Below are positions 48,531-59,081 of a stretch of 64,000 nucleotides of DNA, in pieces. Both the position numbers and the translations under genes were made by a program. The first letter of the stretch is position 1. Every line of letters starts with the position of its first letter. A model generated the notes under the pieces. It did not search any database and was not told where the DNA came from. It was given only the letters and a program-made list of their open reading frames with translations. Source of the DNA: an uncultured Gammaproteobacteria bacterium (GTDB taxonomy: Bacteria > Patescibacteriota > Microgenomatia > Levybacterales > GWA1-39-11). The stretch spans positions 37,508 to 101,507 of the forward strand of contig CAZQSX010000001.1 in assembly GCA_964596415.1 (NCBI GenBank), read 5' to 3'.

Positions 48531-50462
48531 ATGTCTAAAATTATTGGTATTGATTTAGGAACAACAAATTCATGCGTTGCTGTTATGGAAGCAGGCACGC
48601 CTAAGGTTATTTTTTCTGCTGAAGGTAGAAATGTTACTCCTTCTGTGGTTGATCCAGTTGATCGTGTTGTGGGAGATGTGGCAAAGCGTCAAATGGTTTT
48701 AAAGCCAAAAAGAATAATTTTCTCCATAAAAAGACTCATGGGAAGACGTTTTAAAGATAAGGAAGTGCAAGATGATTTAAAGCTTCTTCCGTATACCATA
48801 GAGGCAGGAAAAGAAGGCATGGCGATAGTTGAAGTAGAGGGTAAAAAATATACTCCAGAGGAAATTTCTGCAATGATTTTAACAAAGCTTAAAAATGACG
48901 CAGAATCATACTTGGGTGGAAAAGTAACACAAGCAGTTATTACAGTTCCAGCATATTTTGATGATTCTCAGCGTCAAGCAACAAAACAAGCAGGAGAAAT
49001 TGCTGGACTTGAGGTGCTTCGAATAGTAAATGAGCCAACAGCAGCGGCACTTGCCTATGGGCTTGATAAAAAACATGCGCATACCATTGCAGTTTATGAC
49101 ATGGGAGGCGGAACATTTGATATTTCTATACTTGAACTTGGTGAAGGAGTATATGAAGTAAAAGCAACAAATGGAGATACCCATTTAGGTGGAGATGATT
49201 TTGATCAAAAAATAATTGATTATATTGCTGATGAATTTAAAAAAGAAAATAGTATTGATTTGCGAAAAGATTCTCAGGCACTTCAAAGACTCAAAGAAGC
49301 AGCAGAAAAAGCAAAAATTGAACTTTCAACTTCTCAAGAGGCAGAGATTAACCAACCGTTTATAACACAAGGCGCAAATGGTCCGCTTCATCTAACCATG
49401 AAGTTAACGCGTAGCAAGCTTGAAAGCATCGTAGGTGAGTTAATAACAAACTCCTTTAAGCCAGTTGAGGCAGCCTTGAAAGATGCTGGAATGGATGCAT
49501 CTAAAGTAGATGAGGTGATTTTAGTAGGAGGTATGACGCGTATGCCAAAAATTGTTGAAGAAGTTGGAAAGTTCTTTGGAAAAGAACCAAATAAATCTGT
49601 CAATCCTGATGAGGTTGTTGCGGTTGGAGCAGCTGTTCAGGCAGGAGTTTTGGGTGGAGACGTGAAAGATGTACTGCTTTTAGATGTAACACCATTGACA
49701 CTGGGGATAGAAACATTAGGAGGAGTTGCAACGCCATTAATAAATCGCAATTCAACAATCCCTACTAAAAAATCTCAAGTATTTTCAACAGCTGCTGATA
49801 ATCAGACTCAGGTTGAAATTCATGTAGTTCAAGGGGAACGACCAATGGCTGCCGACAACAAGTCATTGGGTAGATTTATTTTAGATGGAATTCCACCAGC
49901 GCCCCGTGGTGTTCCCCAGGTTGAAGTGACCTTTGACATAGATGCTTCAGGACTTTTATCAGTTACCGCAAAGGATAATGCTTCAGGAAAAGAGCAAAGC
50001 ATTAAGATAACCGGTGGAACTGGTTTGTCAAAAGAAGAGGTTGAGAAAATGACAAAAGAAGCAGAAATGAATGCTGCTGAAGATGAAAAGAAAAAAGAAA
50101 TGATTGAAGTGAAAAACCGCGCGGATGGACTGATCTTTACTGCAGAAAAATCCCTTAAAGACTTGGGGGATAAAGTGCCCGCAGATTTGAAAACAGACGT
50201 TGAAGCAAAAATTGAGGCGCTAAGAGAAGCGCTGAAAGGTGATGATAAAGAGGCAATTGAAGCAAAAACAACAGAACTTTCAGAGCATCTCTCAAAAATA
50301 GGTGAACAGATGCAGCAGCAGCCAGGAGGACAGCCTGGAGCCGAACAGGCATCAGGGGAAACAGCGGGAGAACAGGCTGAGACTTCTTCAGAAGAAAACG
50401 GAGAAAAAAAAGAAGAAACGAAAGATAAAGACGAAGCAGTTGAAGGTGAAGTGGTGAATTAG
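48531..50462 (+). CDS. dnaK: molecular chaperone DnaK (Hsp70)
   Basis: [22 protein letters not shown], and an acidic C-terminal tail. Confidence 0.95.
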   Translation: MSKIIGIDLGTTNSCVAVMEAGTPKVIFSAEGRNVTPSVVDPVDRVVGDVAKRQMVLKPKRIIFSIKRLMGRRFKDKEVQDDLKLLPYTIEAGKEGMAIVEVEGKKYTPEEISAMILTKLKNDAESYLGGKVTQAVITVPAYFDDSQRQATKQAGEIAGLEVLRIVNEPTAAALAYGLDKKHAHTIAVYDMGGGTFDISILELGEGVYEVKATNGDTHLGGDDFDQKIIDYIADEFKKENSIDLRKDSQALQRLKEAAEKAKIELSTSQEAEINQPFITQGANGPLHLTMKLTRSKLESIVGELITNSFKPVEAALKDAGMDASKVDEVILVGGMTRMPKIVEEVGKFFGKEPNKSVNPDEVVAVGAAVQAGVLGGDVKDVLLLDVTPLTLGIETLGGVATPLINRNSTIPTKKSQVFSTAADNQTQVEIHVVQGERPMAADNKSLGRFILDGIPPAPRGVPQVEVTFDIDASGLLSVTAKDNASGKEQSIKITGGTGLSKEEVEKMTKEAEMNAAEDEKKKEMIEVKNRADGLIFTAEKSLKDLGDKVPADLKTDVEAKIEALREALKGDDKEAIEAKTTELSEHLSKIGEQMQQQPGGQPGAEQASGETAGEQAETSSEENGEKKEETKDKDEAVEGEVVN

Positions 50463-50591
50463 GAATTAGATACGAGGAATTAAAGATTAGAAAAATGCAA
50501 GAAACATCTTTACCAATGCCTACGCAAGACATCCCAATGGGATGTTTAATGTGTGGGAAGATGTAGAAAATAGCTTCAGTAGTAAATTGCA

Positions 50592-50619
50592 GATCTCCCA
50601 CAAAAGGGGAGATTTTTTT
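50592..50619 (+). terminator. rho-independent terminator after dnaK (AGATCTCCC-acaaaag-GGGAGAT followed by TTTTTTT)
   Basis: 7-bp GC-containing stem followed by a 7-T run, directly before the next ORF. Confidence 0.7.
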
Positions 50620-50630
50620 ATGTTAAAAAT

Positions 50631-50957
50631 ATGGTTACAAGAATAGAAATTAGAAGGTTTTATGAGAAGAAAATATCAGACACTTCTCTGCATATTATTG
50701 CGGAGCTTCCTGATGTTTCGGGGGAATATAGACTTAACTCAGGCGAAATTGTTGAGATAAGCTTTGAAAAAGATACAAAACAAGGATATAGGTTTGTTCG
50801 GTTGAAAACAGAGAGTCTTAGAAATTTTCAAAGAAGAGGTAGAAAAGAAAGGAAAGTGAATGTTTCTAATGAGGGTAAGGGTTCTATAACTCTTTCTGCA
50901 AATGAAGTGCTTTTTGTTTCAACAGATGCTAAAGAAGATCAGTTTAAAAGCATATAA
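50631..50957 (+). CDS. hypothetical protein (108 aa)
   Basis: Intact ORF. No motif recognised. Confidence 0.45.
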   Translation: MVTRIEIRRFYEKKISDTSLHIIAELPDVSGEYRLNSGEIVEISFEKDTKQGYRFVRLKTESLRNFQRRGRKERKVNVSNEGKGSITLSANEVLFVSTDAKEDQFKSI

Positions 50958-50971
50958 AGGAGGTGGTATGA

Positions 50972-51307
50972 GTGATTTCATATGATGATTTTGAAAAAGT
51001 TGATATTCGAGTTGGAAAAATAATTGAGGTGAAAGATTTTCCAGAAGCCAGAAAACCTTCCTACAAGTTCACAATAGACTTTGGCTCTGAAATAGGCATT
51101 AAAAAATCAAGCGGTCAGTACACTAAATATTATAAAAAAGAAGAGCTTTTGGGAAAACTTGTTTTGGGTGTAGTTAATTTTCCGGAAAAACAAATTGGAC
51201 CTTTTATGTCACAATCTTTGACTCTTGGAGTTCCAGATAGTGAAGGTGCGGCGATTCTTATTGAGCCAAGTAATGAAAATGCAGTTATTGGCGGAAAGTT
51301 ATTTTAG
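50972..51307 (+). CDS. stand-alone tRNA-binding OB-fold protein (Trbp111/CsaA/MetRS-beta-like)
   Basis: FEKVDIRVGKIIEV...GVVNFP matches the tRNA-binding domain found at the C-terminus of MetRS/PheT and in CsaA. Confidence 0.75.
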   Translation: MISYDDFEKVDIRVGKIIEVKDFPEARKPSYKFTIDFGSEIGIKKSSGQYTKYYKKEELLGKLVLGVVNFPEKQIGPFMSQSLTLGVPDSEGAAILIEPSNENAVIGGKLF

Positions 51308-51730
51308 TTTATCAATTTTTCCATTCAAAACTATTGGTTGCATGGCGGAGATCTCGTCATAAAATGGGTGAGTTTTTAAATATGGATGCAGGAGGTAGAT
51401 TTTTATACCCGCATTAAATGCGATTCCCATTTCCATGAGTGCGTTTCCTCCTACATAACCCTTTATTCCATTCTTCGTCTTATTTACCACAAGAATTGCG
51501 CTTGATGTTAGCTCTTTTTCAAAGTGAAGTTTAATAAATTTAGCTTTGTCTTTTGCGGTAATGTGTTTTCTAAATTCAATAGGGTCAAAGTTTTTGGTCT
51601 TTTGCATGATGAGCGCTGATTCAGGGTAAAGAACTTTCCACCCTTTTCTTTCGAGTTTCTGCCCAAGTTTTAAAACCTCAGGATAAAACGTCATTGAAGA
51701 GCAAATGGTTATTGTTTTCATTGAGCTCAT
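51299..51730 (-). CDS. nucleoside 2-deoxyribosyltransferase-like protein
   Basis: ITICSSMTFYPE ... AILVVNKTKNGIKGYVGGNALMEMGIAFNAGIKIYLL resembles the Rossmann-like NDT/YtoQ fold. Confidence 0.55.
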   Translation of the reverse strand: MSSMKTITICSSMTFYPEVLKLGQKLERKGWKVLYPESALIMQKTKNFDPIEFRKHITAKDKAKFIKLHFEKELTSSAILVVNKTKNGIKGYVGGNALMEMGIAFNAGIKIYLLHPYLKTHPFYDEISAMQPIVLNGKIDKLK

Positions 51731-51784
51731 TATATCAATGGAATTGTTTCTTTCAAATAGTCTTTTGTGATACTATAAATAGGT

Positions 51785-52075
51785 ATGGAATGTGCTGTTA
51801 ATGAGGTGGCAACAGATTTAGGTTGTCTACCTAATGATCCTGTTGGATTTATTCAAAAGTTTTATGGTATTGGCCTGTCACTTATTGGCATGGTTGCATT
51901 ACTATTTCTCATTTATGGAGGGTATCATATTTTAACCTCTGGTGGAAATTCCGAACAACTTCAAAAAGGAAAAGAATATATCTATTATGCTATAGCAGGA
52001 TTATTGCTTGCTATTTTTGGATTTGTTTTTGTGCAGTTTATTGCTGCAGGATTAAGAATTCCCGGATTTTCGTAA
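51785..52075 (+). CDS. small two-TM protein resembling the TrbC/VirB2-type T4SS pilins common in CPR-like genomes
   Basis: Two Cys near the N-terminus (CAVNEVATDLGCLPNDP). Helix 1 IGLSLIGMVALLFLIYGGYHILTSGGN, a short polar loop (EQLQKGKE), then helix 2 YIYYAIAGLLLAIFGFVFVQFIAAGL. No cleavable signal peptide. Confidence 0.5.
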   Translation: MECAVNEVATDLGCLPNDPVGFIQKFYGIGLSLIGMVALLFLIYGGYHILTSGGNSEQLQKGKEYIYYAIAGLLLAIFGFVFVQFIAAGLRIPGFS

Positions 52076-52086
52076 AAGGTAACACT

Positions 52087-54345
52087 ATGTATAAAAAACT
52101 GCCCATTTTTATAACCTGTTTTATATTTGTAAGCATACTTTTCTTTGGATTTGTCAAAAGTGTTTTCGCTCAGACAACAACAACTTCTGTTACTCCAACG
52201 CCTGAATTAATACAAGAAATTCAGCAAAGTTTTCCAGGTCTTCCTATAGATATTCCAGATTTAACTAATCCATCTGGAGGGCTTCCGATTGGAACAAGTC
52301 CAGTTGCTGAGGGCACTTGGGTTTCTGATTCAAATGTAACGTTTGTTGGAAAAACCGCATCTCGGTCAGGAGATTTTCTTGATTGGACTTTAAGAAATTA
52401 TGATTGGGCATGTGCTACAAAAAATGCAAATGGGTCATGTTCTAACCAAGGAAATCCACTTGTTGGGTTTTGGGCTTTAATTAGAAATATTGTGTACGCA
52501 CTTCTTATAGCAGTTGTACTTGTTGCAGCATTTGTCATGATTATAACTCGCGGAAGAAGCATTACCGTTATGCGTTTTATTCCTCGATTTATCTTTATTC
52601 TTGTTCTTGTGACTCTTTCGTATTCCTTGATACAGTTTATTTATCAAATAACAGATATTATAACTGGTTTTTTTCTTAGAGTAAGCGGATCTCTTATTTC
52701 AACAAAAGATTTAATTTTTATAGGATTTAACTATCAGACTTTTGAGGGTTTAAGGCTAGCTGGTTCAAAGTATGACGAGTCTGCGTTTATAACGCTTTTA
52801 TTAGTCAGGCTTACTGCCATAACGTATTATGTTATGACAGGGATTCTTCTTATTAGAAAAATTATTCTTTGGTTTTTTATAGTACTTTCCCCTATTTTCC
52901 CTCTTTTATTTTTCTTTAGGCCCGTAAGAAATACAGGAAAAATTTGGATAGGAGAATTTTTTAGATGGTTATTATATGCGCCGCTTTTCGCAATCTTTTT
53001 GCATGGATTGGTTGTTTTATGGAGTAGTGGAAGTCCTGATAAACCAGGAATTCCACTTGCTTTTGATTTGACAAGTCCAGGGCGCATTCCAGGTGTTGAG
53101 GCAAATGTTGTATATCCAACTGCCGTGAACATATTAATTGGTGGTCCAGGTCAGCAAATTGGAATTTATAATTCAGTTAATCTTCAGGACACATTTGCGC
53201 TTTATGTTGTTGCTCTTCTTATGCTTTGGGTTGTGATACTTCTTCCATTTATCTTACTTAAAATCTTCTTAGACTATCTGACTAATATTTCGCTTAAGGA
53301 TAATGTAACGCTTCAGAAGATGTGGGATAGGGGTATGGCGCCATTTAATCCAAAACCACCTTCTCCTGCGACCCCACCAATAGTTCCACCACCTGCTACA
53401 ACAGGGCTTGCAAAGTCTTTGCCATTTGCAGCAGGAATTTCTAGAACATTAAATCAAACAAAAAACATCACAGAAAATAAGACTGTTAATCAAGCTATGT
53501 CTAGTCCTGTAAATACGCAAATTCTCCAACTCTCAAATCTCTCAATTCCAAAAATGAGAGATATCGCAAAGTTTGAGACTTCTATGGTTTCAAAAGATAC
53601 AACTCGTCAACACGAAGTTAATAGATTAAAGACTTCACTTTCAAGAATTGCGAATCCAAGCTCAGTTCAAAGCGCATCAGAAAGAGATCGTTACACGCAG
53701 GTGAAACATCAGTTGACACAAGAAAAACAAAAAGGTAACGCTTTGGCTTCATCTATTCTTTCCGCAGCAAACACAACAAATCAGGCTTCCCGCGCTCATG
53801 TACCTGGGCAAAAAATTGCAGCCGTAGCAAATCTTCCAACTGTTAATAGGGTTCAGCAGGTTTCACTTGAAGATTATGAGGAGGTTAGAAAAATGTGGGT
53901 TGAAACATATCAATCATCAGAGCCCCCAACTGATCTAGCAGGAAAACAGGCAAATCGTGAAGAATGGATTAAGGGTGATATTGATAAGATTAATCAAGCA
54001 ATTACGCTTCTATCATCTATTGATCCAAGTCGTTCACAAGAAGGGATGGATATGGTTTCAAATATTTTGCCATTTCTAATGGTTGGAGGATTTTCAAAAA
54101 CTGAAGTTATAGCATACCTAAAAGCAAAACTTGAAGCAGCAAAGCAGGTAATGTCAGACACTAATAAAAAGAAAGAGGATGAGGAGGGTATGGTTGAAAG
54201 AGCCACTGGAACAACAACCGCTGAAAAACATATGACAATGGAAGCAGAAGCAAAAATTCCAGATGAAGAAGCGCCTAAAAAAACATTTGATACCCCTGAA
54301 GATGGTCAAGCAAAAATTGACGATTTGAGAAAAACAGGAGTGTAG
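52087..54345 (+). CDS. signal-peptide-bearing polytopic membrane protein (6 TM) with a long C-terminal hydrophilic domain; VirB6/TrbL-like topology
   Basis: SP MYKKLPIFITCFIFVSILFFGFVKSVFA, a Thr-rich N-terminal exodomain, six hydrophobic helices between about aa 125 and 400, and a C-terminal domain of about 350 aa rich in polar residues. Confidence 0.45.
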   Translation: MYKKLPIFITCFIFVSILFFGFVKSVFAQTTTTSVTPTPELIQEIQQSFPGLPIDIPDLTNPSGGLPIGTSPVAEGTWVSDSNVTFVGKTASRSGDFLDWTLRNYDWACATKNANGSCSNQGNPLVGFWALIRNIVYALLIAVVLVAAFVMIITRGRSITVMRFIPRFIFILVLVTLSYSLIQFIYQITDIITGFFLRVSGSLISTKDLIFIGFNYQTFEGLRLAGSKYDESAFITLLLVRLTAITYYVMTGILLIRKIILWFFIVLSPIFPLLFFFRPVRNTGKIWIGEFFRWLLYAPLFAIFLHGLVVLWSSGSPDKPGIPLAFDLTSPGRIPGVEANVVYPTAVNILIGGPGQQIGIYNSVNLQDTFALYVVALLMLWVVILLPFILLKIFLDYLTNISLKDNVTLQKMWDRGMAPFNPKPPSPATPPIVPPPATTGLAKSLPFAAGISRTLNQTKNITENKTVNQAMSSPVNTQILQLSNLSIPKMRDIAKFETSMVSKDTTRQHEVNRLKTSLSRIANPSSVQSASERDRYTQVKHQLTQEKQKGNALASSILSAANTTNQASRAHVPGQKIAAVANLPTVNRVQQVSLEDYEEVRKMWVETYQSSEPPTDLAGKQANREEWIKGDIDKINQAITLLSSIDPSRSQEGMDMVSNILPFLMVGGFSKTEVIAYLKAKLEAAKQVMSDTNKKKEDEEGMVERATGTTTAEKHMTMEAEAKIPDEEAPKKTFDTPEDGQAKIDDLRKTGV

Positions 54346-54438
54346 ACGAAAGCCTAAGAAATAGCTACATTGTTATAATAGTTAAATAGTTTATAATTAT
54401 TCTAGCCATTTAGCTATTTTTAACTAATTATTATTTTT

Positions 54439-57204
54439 ATGTTTGGTAATTTATTTTCTGTAAAGCATGACGCACAACAAGATAGCGGACAATCACAAGT
54501 TGTATCTGCTGGGACTACTATGAGTATTGGCGAGCAACCTGTTCATAGTACAAATATTTCCATAAATAGTAATCCATTAAACGTTCCACCTTCTCAACAG
54601 CCAGTTGTAGATCCTTCAGTTGGACAAGGAGGCATGGATCCTCAAAAACGCCAGAACCTTTTTGCCATGAGTAAGCTTGACCCACGAACTATTCAGGTTT
54701 TGCATCATGCACAAGAAGAAACAAAACGAATTGCCCAGCAATTTATTGGTCCGGAGCAGCTTTTAATAGGAATGTTTTATGACGGTGAGATTTTTAAAGT
54801 TTTCCAAAACTTTAATGTAGATGTAGCAAAGTTAACACGTGAAATCCAAACAAAAGAAGTAAGTGGGAGTTTTACCGGAGAACCCACATTATCTGATTCT
54901 GTTAAGCATATTTTTGAAGAGGCCTACACGGCAGCACAGGGAAGAGGGGCAGATTTTGTTTCTCCGGAAGATGTACTCGTTTCACTATTTTCACAACCAG
55001 TAACTTCTGAATTTTTAAAATCTTTTGGAGTAGAAAAGCAAAAATTGGAAGAAAACCTATCTAAATCTTCAGGTTATTCTGCTTCCAGAAAATCAGTATT
55101 AGATAAGTATGGAATAGATTTAACAAAAGAGGCGCGTGACGGAAAATTAGATCCTATTACGGGACGCGATAAAGAAACTGAGCGACTGATTCATATTTTA
55201 CTTCGAAGAACTAAAAACAACCCAATTATTATTGGTGAGGCAGGAGTTGGAAAAACTGCCATAGTTGAAGCGCTTGCGCAAAAAATTGTGCAAGGCTCTG
55301 TCCCTCACGATTTATTAAACAGAAAAATTATTCAGCTTGAATTATCATCTTTGGTAGCAGGCGCATCCCATAGAGGTGAATTTGAAGAGCGACTTCAAAA
55401 TGTCATCAAAGAAGCGCAAGCATCAGCTGGTCAGATAATTTTATTTATTGATGAAATTCATACGCTTATAGGAACTGGTGATACACAAGGCGCAATGGAT
55501 GCATCCAATATAATAAAGCCGTACTTAGCGCGTGGTCAATTACAATTAATAGGAACAACAACAACTTCAGAATATAGAAAATATTTTGAGAAAGATAAAG
55601 CTTTTGAAAGGCGGTTTCAGGCAGTTCTTGTTGAAGAACCATCAGAAGAAGTAGCAATGCAAATGCTTGAAGCGCTTAAGGCAAAATATGAGAAATATCA
55701 TCAAGTTGTTATTACCCCTCAAGCAATTGAGGCGGCTGTTAAGCTTTCTAAAAAATATATTGGTGAAAGATATCTTCCTGATAAGGGTGTAGATTTACTA
55801 GACGAGGCAGCGGCTGAAGTGAAACTCCAACATACTGAAGGAAAACGACCGGATAACCAAGTGGTGAAAGCAGATATTGAAAAAGTTGTATCTGCCTGGA
55901 CAGGAATACCAATAACAAAACTTACTGAAGATGAATCTGCAAAGCTTATTAATCTGGAGGATACAATTCATAAACGGTTTATTGACCAGGCAGAAGCTGT
56001 AAAAGCTGTGGCAGAAGCTGTAAGGCGCGGAAGAATTGGACTTGCTCCAGGAAATAGACCAATCGCATCCTTTATTTTCTTGGGACCAACAGGAGTTGGA
56101 AAAACAGAACTTGCAAAAACACTTGCTGAAATATTATTTGGTCGCGATGACCTCATGATTCGACTTGATATGTCTGAATATATGGAGAAGCACGAGGTAG
56201 CAAAACTTATCGGTGCTCCTCCTGGGTATGTGGGATATGAAGAAGGGGGTCAATTAACTGAAGCAGTGAGAGCAAAACCGTACTCCATAGTTCTTCTTGA
56301 TGAAATAGAGAAAGCACACCCTGATGTTTTTAATATACTCTTACAGCTTCTTGAAGACGGAAGACTGACTGACAATAAGGGAAATACTATTTCATTTAAA
56401 AATACAATTGTTATTGCCACATCAAATATTGGATCAGCTCTTATACAACAACAACTTCTTGCGTCGCAAAAAGATGGAACAAAAACAGCTGTAACAGAAG
56501 AAGATGAGAAGAAAAAATATGAAGCGCTTTCAAAGACACTTATGGATGAACTCCGAAAATTCTTTAAGCCTGAGCTTTTGAATCGTTTTGATGATTTAGT
56601 TATGTTTAAACCACTTCGTCAGCAAGATATGGCACAAATTGCAAAGTTAGGAATTGCCAAAACAAAAAAACTTTTGAAAGATCAAGAACTTGATTTGCAA
56701 ATATCAGATTCTGCTCTTCAAGTTTTGGCGAAAGAAGGATATGATCCGGTTTATGGAGCCAGACCTTTGAGACGTCTTATTCAATCCGCAATAGAAAACC
56801 CGATTGCTATTTTAATAATAAATAAAACATTTGTTCCAAAAGACACTATTCTTATTGATTATGATACTGCAAAAACTGAGTTTACATTTAAGAAAACAAC
56901 TCCTCCTCAGCCGTTAGTTCCGGGTCAGTACCCGCCTGGGGCTCAACCTCAACAAAGCGTTACAGGTATGAATCAAAACGGACAAGCGTTACAGGGTCAG
57001 CCAGTTATTGCAAATGGTATGTCATCTCAGGCAGGAAACCAAGCAGTACCAGGTGGATCTCAAGGAGGCGGTGGTATATTAACAAGTATTGCACAGGAAC
57101 ATACAGCAACTACTCCTCCAGCTGCTTCTCCTTCGTCTCCGACGTCTTCACAGAATCCGCCTCCCGTGATAGGCACAGATGGTACTGCCATGCAAAGAGC
57201 ATAA
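54439..57204 (+). CDS. Hsp100/Clp double-AAA+ ATPase (ClpC-like) with Q/P-rich N- and C-terminal low-complexity tails
   Basis: Clp_N repeats ([17 protein letters not shown]; EDVLVSLF). D1 Walker [13 protein letters not shown] and Walker [10 protein letters not shown]2 Walker [13 protein letters not shown], Walker [15 protein letters not shown], and a sensor. Short D1-D2 linker with no long M-domain. C-terminal ~130 aa Q/P/G/S-rich. Confidence 0.85.
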   Translation: MFGNLFSVKHDAQQDSGQSQVVSAGTTMSIGEQPVHSTNISINSNPLNVPPSQQPVVDPSVGQGGMDPQKRQNLFAMSKLDPRTIQVLHHAQEETKRIAQQFIGPEQLLIGMFYDGEIFKVFQNFNVDVAKLTREIQTKEVSGSFTGEPTLSDSVKHIFEEAYTAAQGRGADFVSPEDVLVSLFSQPVTSEFLKSFGVEKQKLEENLSKSSGYSASRKSVLDKYGIDLTKEARDGKLDPITGRDKETERLIHILLRRTKNNPIIIGEAGVGKTAIVEALAQKIVQGSVPHDLLNRKIIQLELSSLVAGASHRGEFEERLQNVIKEAQASAGQIILFIDEIHTLIGTGDTQGAMDASNIIKPYLARGQLQLIGTTTTSEYRKYFEKDKAFERRFQAVLVEEPSEEVAMQMLEALKAKYEKYHQVVITPQAIEAAVKLSKKYIGERYLPDKGVDLLDEAAAEVKLQHTEGKRPDNQVVKADIEKVVSAWTGIPITKLTEDESAKLINLEDTIHKRFIDQAEAVKAVAEAVRRGRIGLAPGNRPIASFIFLGPTGVGKTELAKTLAEILFGRDDLMIRLDMSEYMEKHEVAKLIGAPPGYVGYEEGGQLTEAVRAKPYSIVLLDEIEKAHPDVFNILLQLLEDGRLTDNKGNTISFKNTIVIATSNIGSALIQQQLLASQKDGTKTAVTEEDEKKKYEALSKTLMDELRKFFKPELLNRFDDLVMFKPLRQQDMAQIAKLGIAKTKKLLKDQELDLQISDSALQVLAKEGYDPVYGARPLRRLIQSAIENPIAILIINKTFVPKDTILIDYDTAKTEFTFKKTTPPQPLVPGQYPPGAQPQQSVTGMNQNGQALQGQPVIANGMSSQAGNQAVPGGSQGGGGILTSIAQEHTATTPPAASPSSPTSSQNPPPVIGTDGTAMQRA

Positions 57205-57225
57205 TGCTGTACAATAATAGTACGT

Positions 57226-59019
57226 ATGCATAAGGTTCGTAAGATTCTTCAGATTCAAGGAAAATTGGCTTATTCATTTTTACTACTCGGTATAGGAATT
57301 GGGATAGTGCTCATTCTTTTATATTTCTTTTTTTCAAGCAGAATTGCGGCAGAAAATGTCAGAACAGAAATATTTCCAGAAGGAGCAAGATATGCAAAAA
57401 ATCAAATAATTGTTAAATATAGATCAGGTTTTTCTCCACATGTATTAAACGCGCAAAACAAAAAACAAGACTTAGATCTTCTTGAAAATAAGCTAAAAAG
57501 TATTGGGGTTATTTCTCAAAATCGATTGTTTATTTCAGATAATATATTGCTTGAAAATTATTACATTTTAAATTTGCCTCAGGATAGTGATATTTTTCAG
57601 GTTTACACAAAGCTTTCAAAATTTTCAGAAATTGATGCAATCACCCCAGATTACATCTTAAGTGTTCAGGAGGTTCCTGATGATCCGGCGTATTCCTCTC
57701 TTTGGGGACTTTCTGAAATTTCAGCACCGAAAGCTTGGGATATTAAAAATGGGAAGAGTAATGTAATAGTAGGAATTGTTGATACTGGAGTTGATTTGAA
57801 TCATGAAGACTTGAAGGGAAACGTAATAAAAGGTGTAAATACTGTTGATGAAACTCGTGATCCTTCAGATGATCACGGGCATGGGACGCATGTTGCGGGA
57901 ACAGTTGGTGCAATCACTAATAATGCAATTGGAATTTCCAGTATTTCTTGGGGCGCAAAGCTATTGGCAATAAAAAGTTGTGATGAAAATGGAGATTGTA
58001 AAACCTCAGATGTATCAAAAGGTATAAAATACGCAATAGATAACGGCGCAAAAATTGTAAATGTGAGTGTTGCGGGTGAAGGGAGTTGTCGGGGTACATA
58101 TGATGATATGAGTAAATATGCAAAAGAAAAAAATGTACTACTTGTTGTTGCTGCCGGAAATGGAATAAATGGGAGAGGAGTAGATGCGAGAAAATGGATA
58201 CCTGCCGGATGTAATGATATATTTACTATTGGTGCGTTTGGTCCGTCTGGAGATCGGGCTCCATATTCAAACTATGGGAATGTTTTGTCTATGTCAGCTC
58301 CAGGAGGAGATAGGGGTTCAGAGGCGTGTACAGAATCAACTTGCATCTTATCAACCAGCAATAACAATACATACTCGCTTCGTCAAGGTACTTCTATGGC
58401 GGCGCCTCAAGTAAGTGGAGCCGCAGCGCTTTTGTTATCATATAATCCATTACTTTCTGTTAGTCAGATTCGCTCGTGCTTGATTCAAGGCGGAGATGTC
58501 TTAACAACTGATAAATACATTGGAAAAAAATTAAACACCCAAAAAGCGCTTATGAGATGTGCGCCCATTGCATCTCCTACGCCTATTCAGAAAGTTGAGG
58601 ATTCTGGAAACTTATCTATTTCTGGCATTGTATATGCAGATGAAAATAATGATAAGTCTTTTGACTCAAATGAGATGCCAATTGTTGGTGCACAGGTTAT
58701 ACTTTCAGGATATGATTCACAAAGTGTTCTCTCAAATTCTACTGGTCGTTATATCTTTCCAGATTTAAAACCTGGTTTTTATACGATTTCAGTTTCAGTA
58801 GGCGGTCAAAGCGCGGGAGATTTGTATGATGTTTCGCTTCTCAAGTTATTTCCAAATGTACAAATAGATCTTCCTATTTCCTCTGAGTATATACCTTCAC
58901 CTACTCAGGATCAAAATCCAAAACCAACCCAGCAAGCATCCAGTATTCAATGTGTCCCTGACCCTGCTTGCGAATCTGCTGAGGGAAGTATTCAAATCTG
59001 CTCGCTGAAATGTGAATAA
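57226..59019 (+). CDS. secreted subtilisin-family (S8) serine protease with I9-like propeptide and C-terminal SdrD-B/Cna-B-like domain
   Basis: N-terminal TM/signal. Catalytic triad motifs VGIVDTGVD (Asp), HGTHVAGTVGA (His), GTSMAAPQVSGAAALL (Ser). C-terminal GIVYADENNDKSFDSNEMPIVGAQVILSGYD...GRYIFPDLKPGFYTISV. Confidence 0.9.
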   Translation: MHKVRKILQIQGKLAYSFLLLGIGIGIVLILLYFFFSSRIAAENVRTEIFPEGARYAKNQIIVKYRSGFSPHVLNAQNKKQDLDLLENKLKSIGVISQNRLFISDNILLENYYILNLPQDSDIFQVYTKLSKFSEIDAITPDYILSVQEVPDDPAYSSLWGLSEISAPKAWDIKNGKSNVIVGIVDTGVDLNHEDLKGNVIKGVNTVDETRDPSDDHGHGTHVAGTVGAITNNAIGISSISWGAKLLAIKSCDENGDCKTSDVSKGIKYAIDNGAKIVNVSVAGEGSCRGTYDDMSKYAKEKNVLLVVAAGNGINGRGVDARKWIPAGCNDIFTIGAFGPSGDRAPYSNYGNVLSMSAPGGDRGSEACTESTCILSTSNNNTYSLRQGTSMAAPQVSGAAALLLSYNPLLSVSQIRSCLIQGGDVLTTDKYIGKKLNTQKALMRCAPIASPTPIQKVEDSGNLSISGIVYADENNDKSFDSNEMPIVGAQVILSGYDSQSVLSNSTGRYIFPDLKPGFYTISVSVGGQSAGDLYDVSLLKLFPNVQIDLPISSEYIPSPTQDQNPKPTQQASSIQCVPDPACESAEGSIQICSLKCE

Positions 59020-59044
59020 TAACGTTAGCAAAAAAGGACTTAAT

Positions 59045-59071
59045 TTGCTAAAATATATGCTCAAAGCTGGA
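59045..59071 (+). promoter_or_regulatory. CIRCE-like operator TTAGCA-aaaaaggacttaatt-TGCTAA upstream of the dnaJ-like gene
   Basis: Perfect outer half-sites with a 15-nt spacer, followed by TAAAATAT and the start codon at 59082. Confidence 0.6.
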
Positions 59072-59081
59072 TAAAGAAAAA

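Noticed and set aside
50463-50630. Small upstream ORFs (MQETSLPMPTQDIPMGCLMCGKM; MLKIWLQE) after dnaK as micropeptide genes
   Set aside because: They have no RBS or conservation signal, and the region is better explained by the dnaK terminator and an additional imperfect hairpin (ACATCCCA-a-TGGGATGT at 50530-50546).
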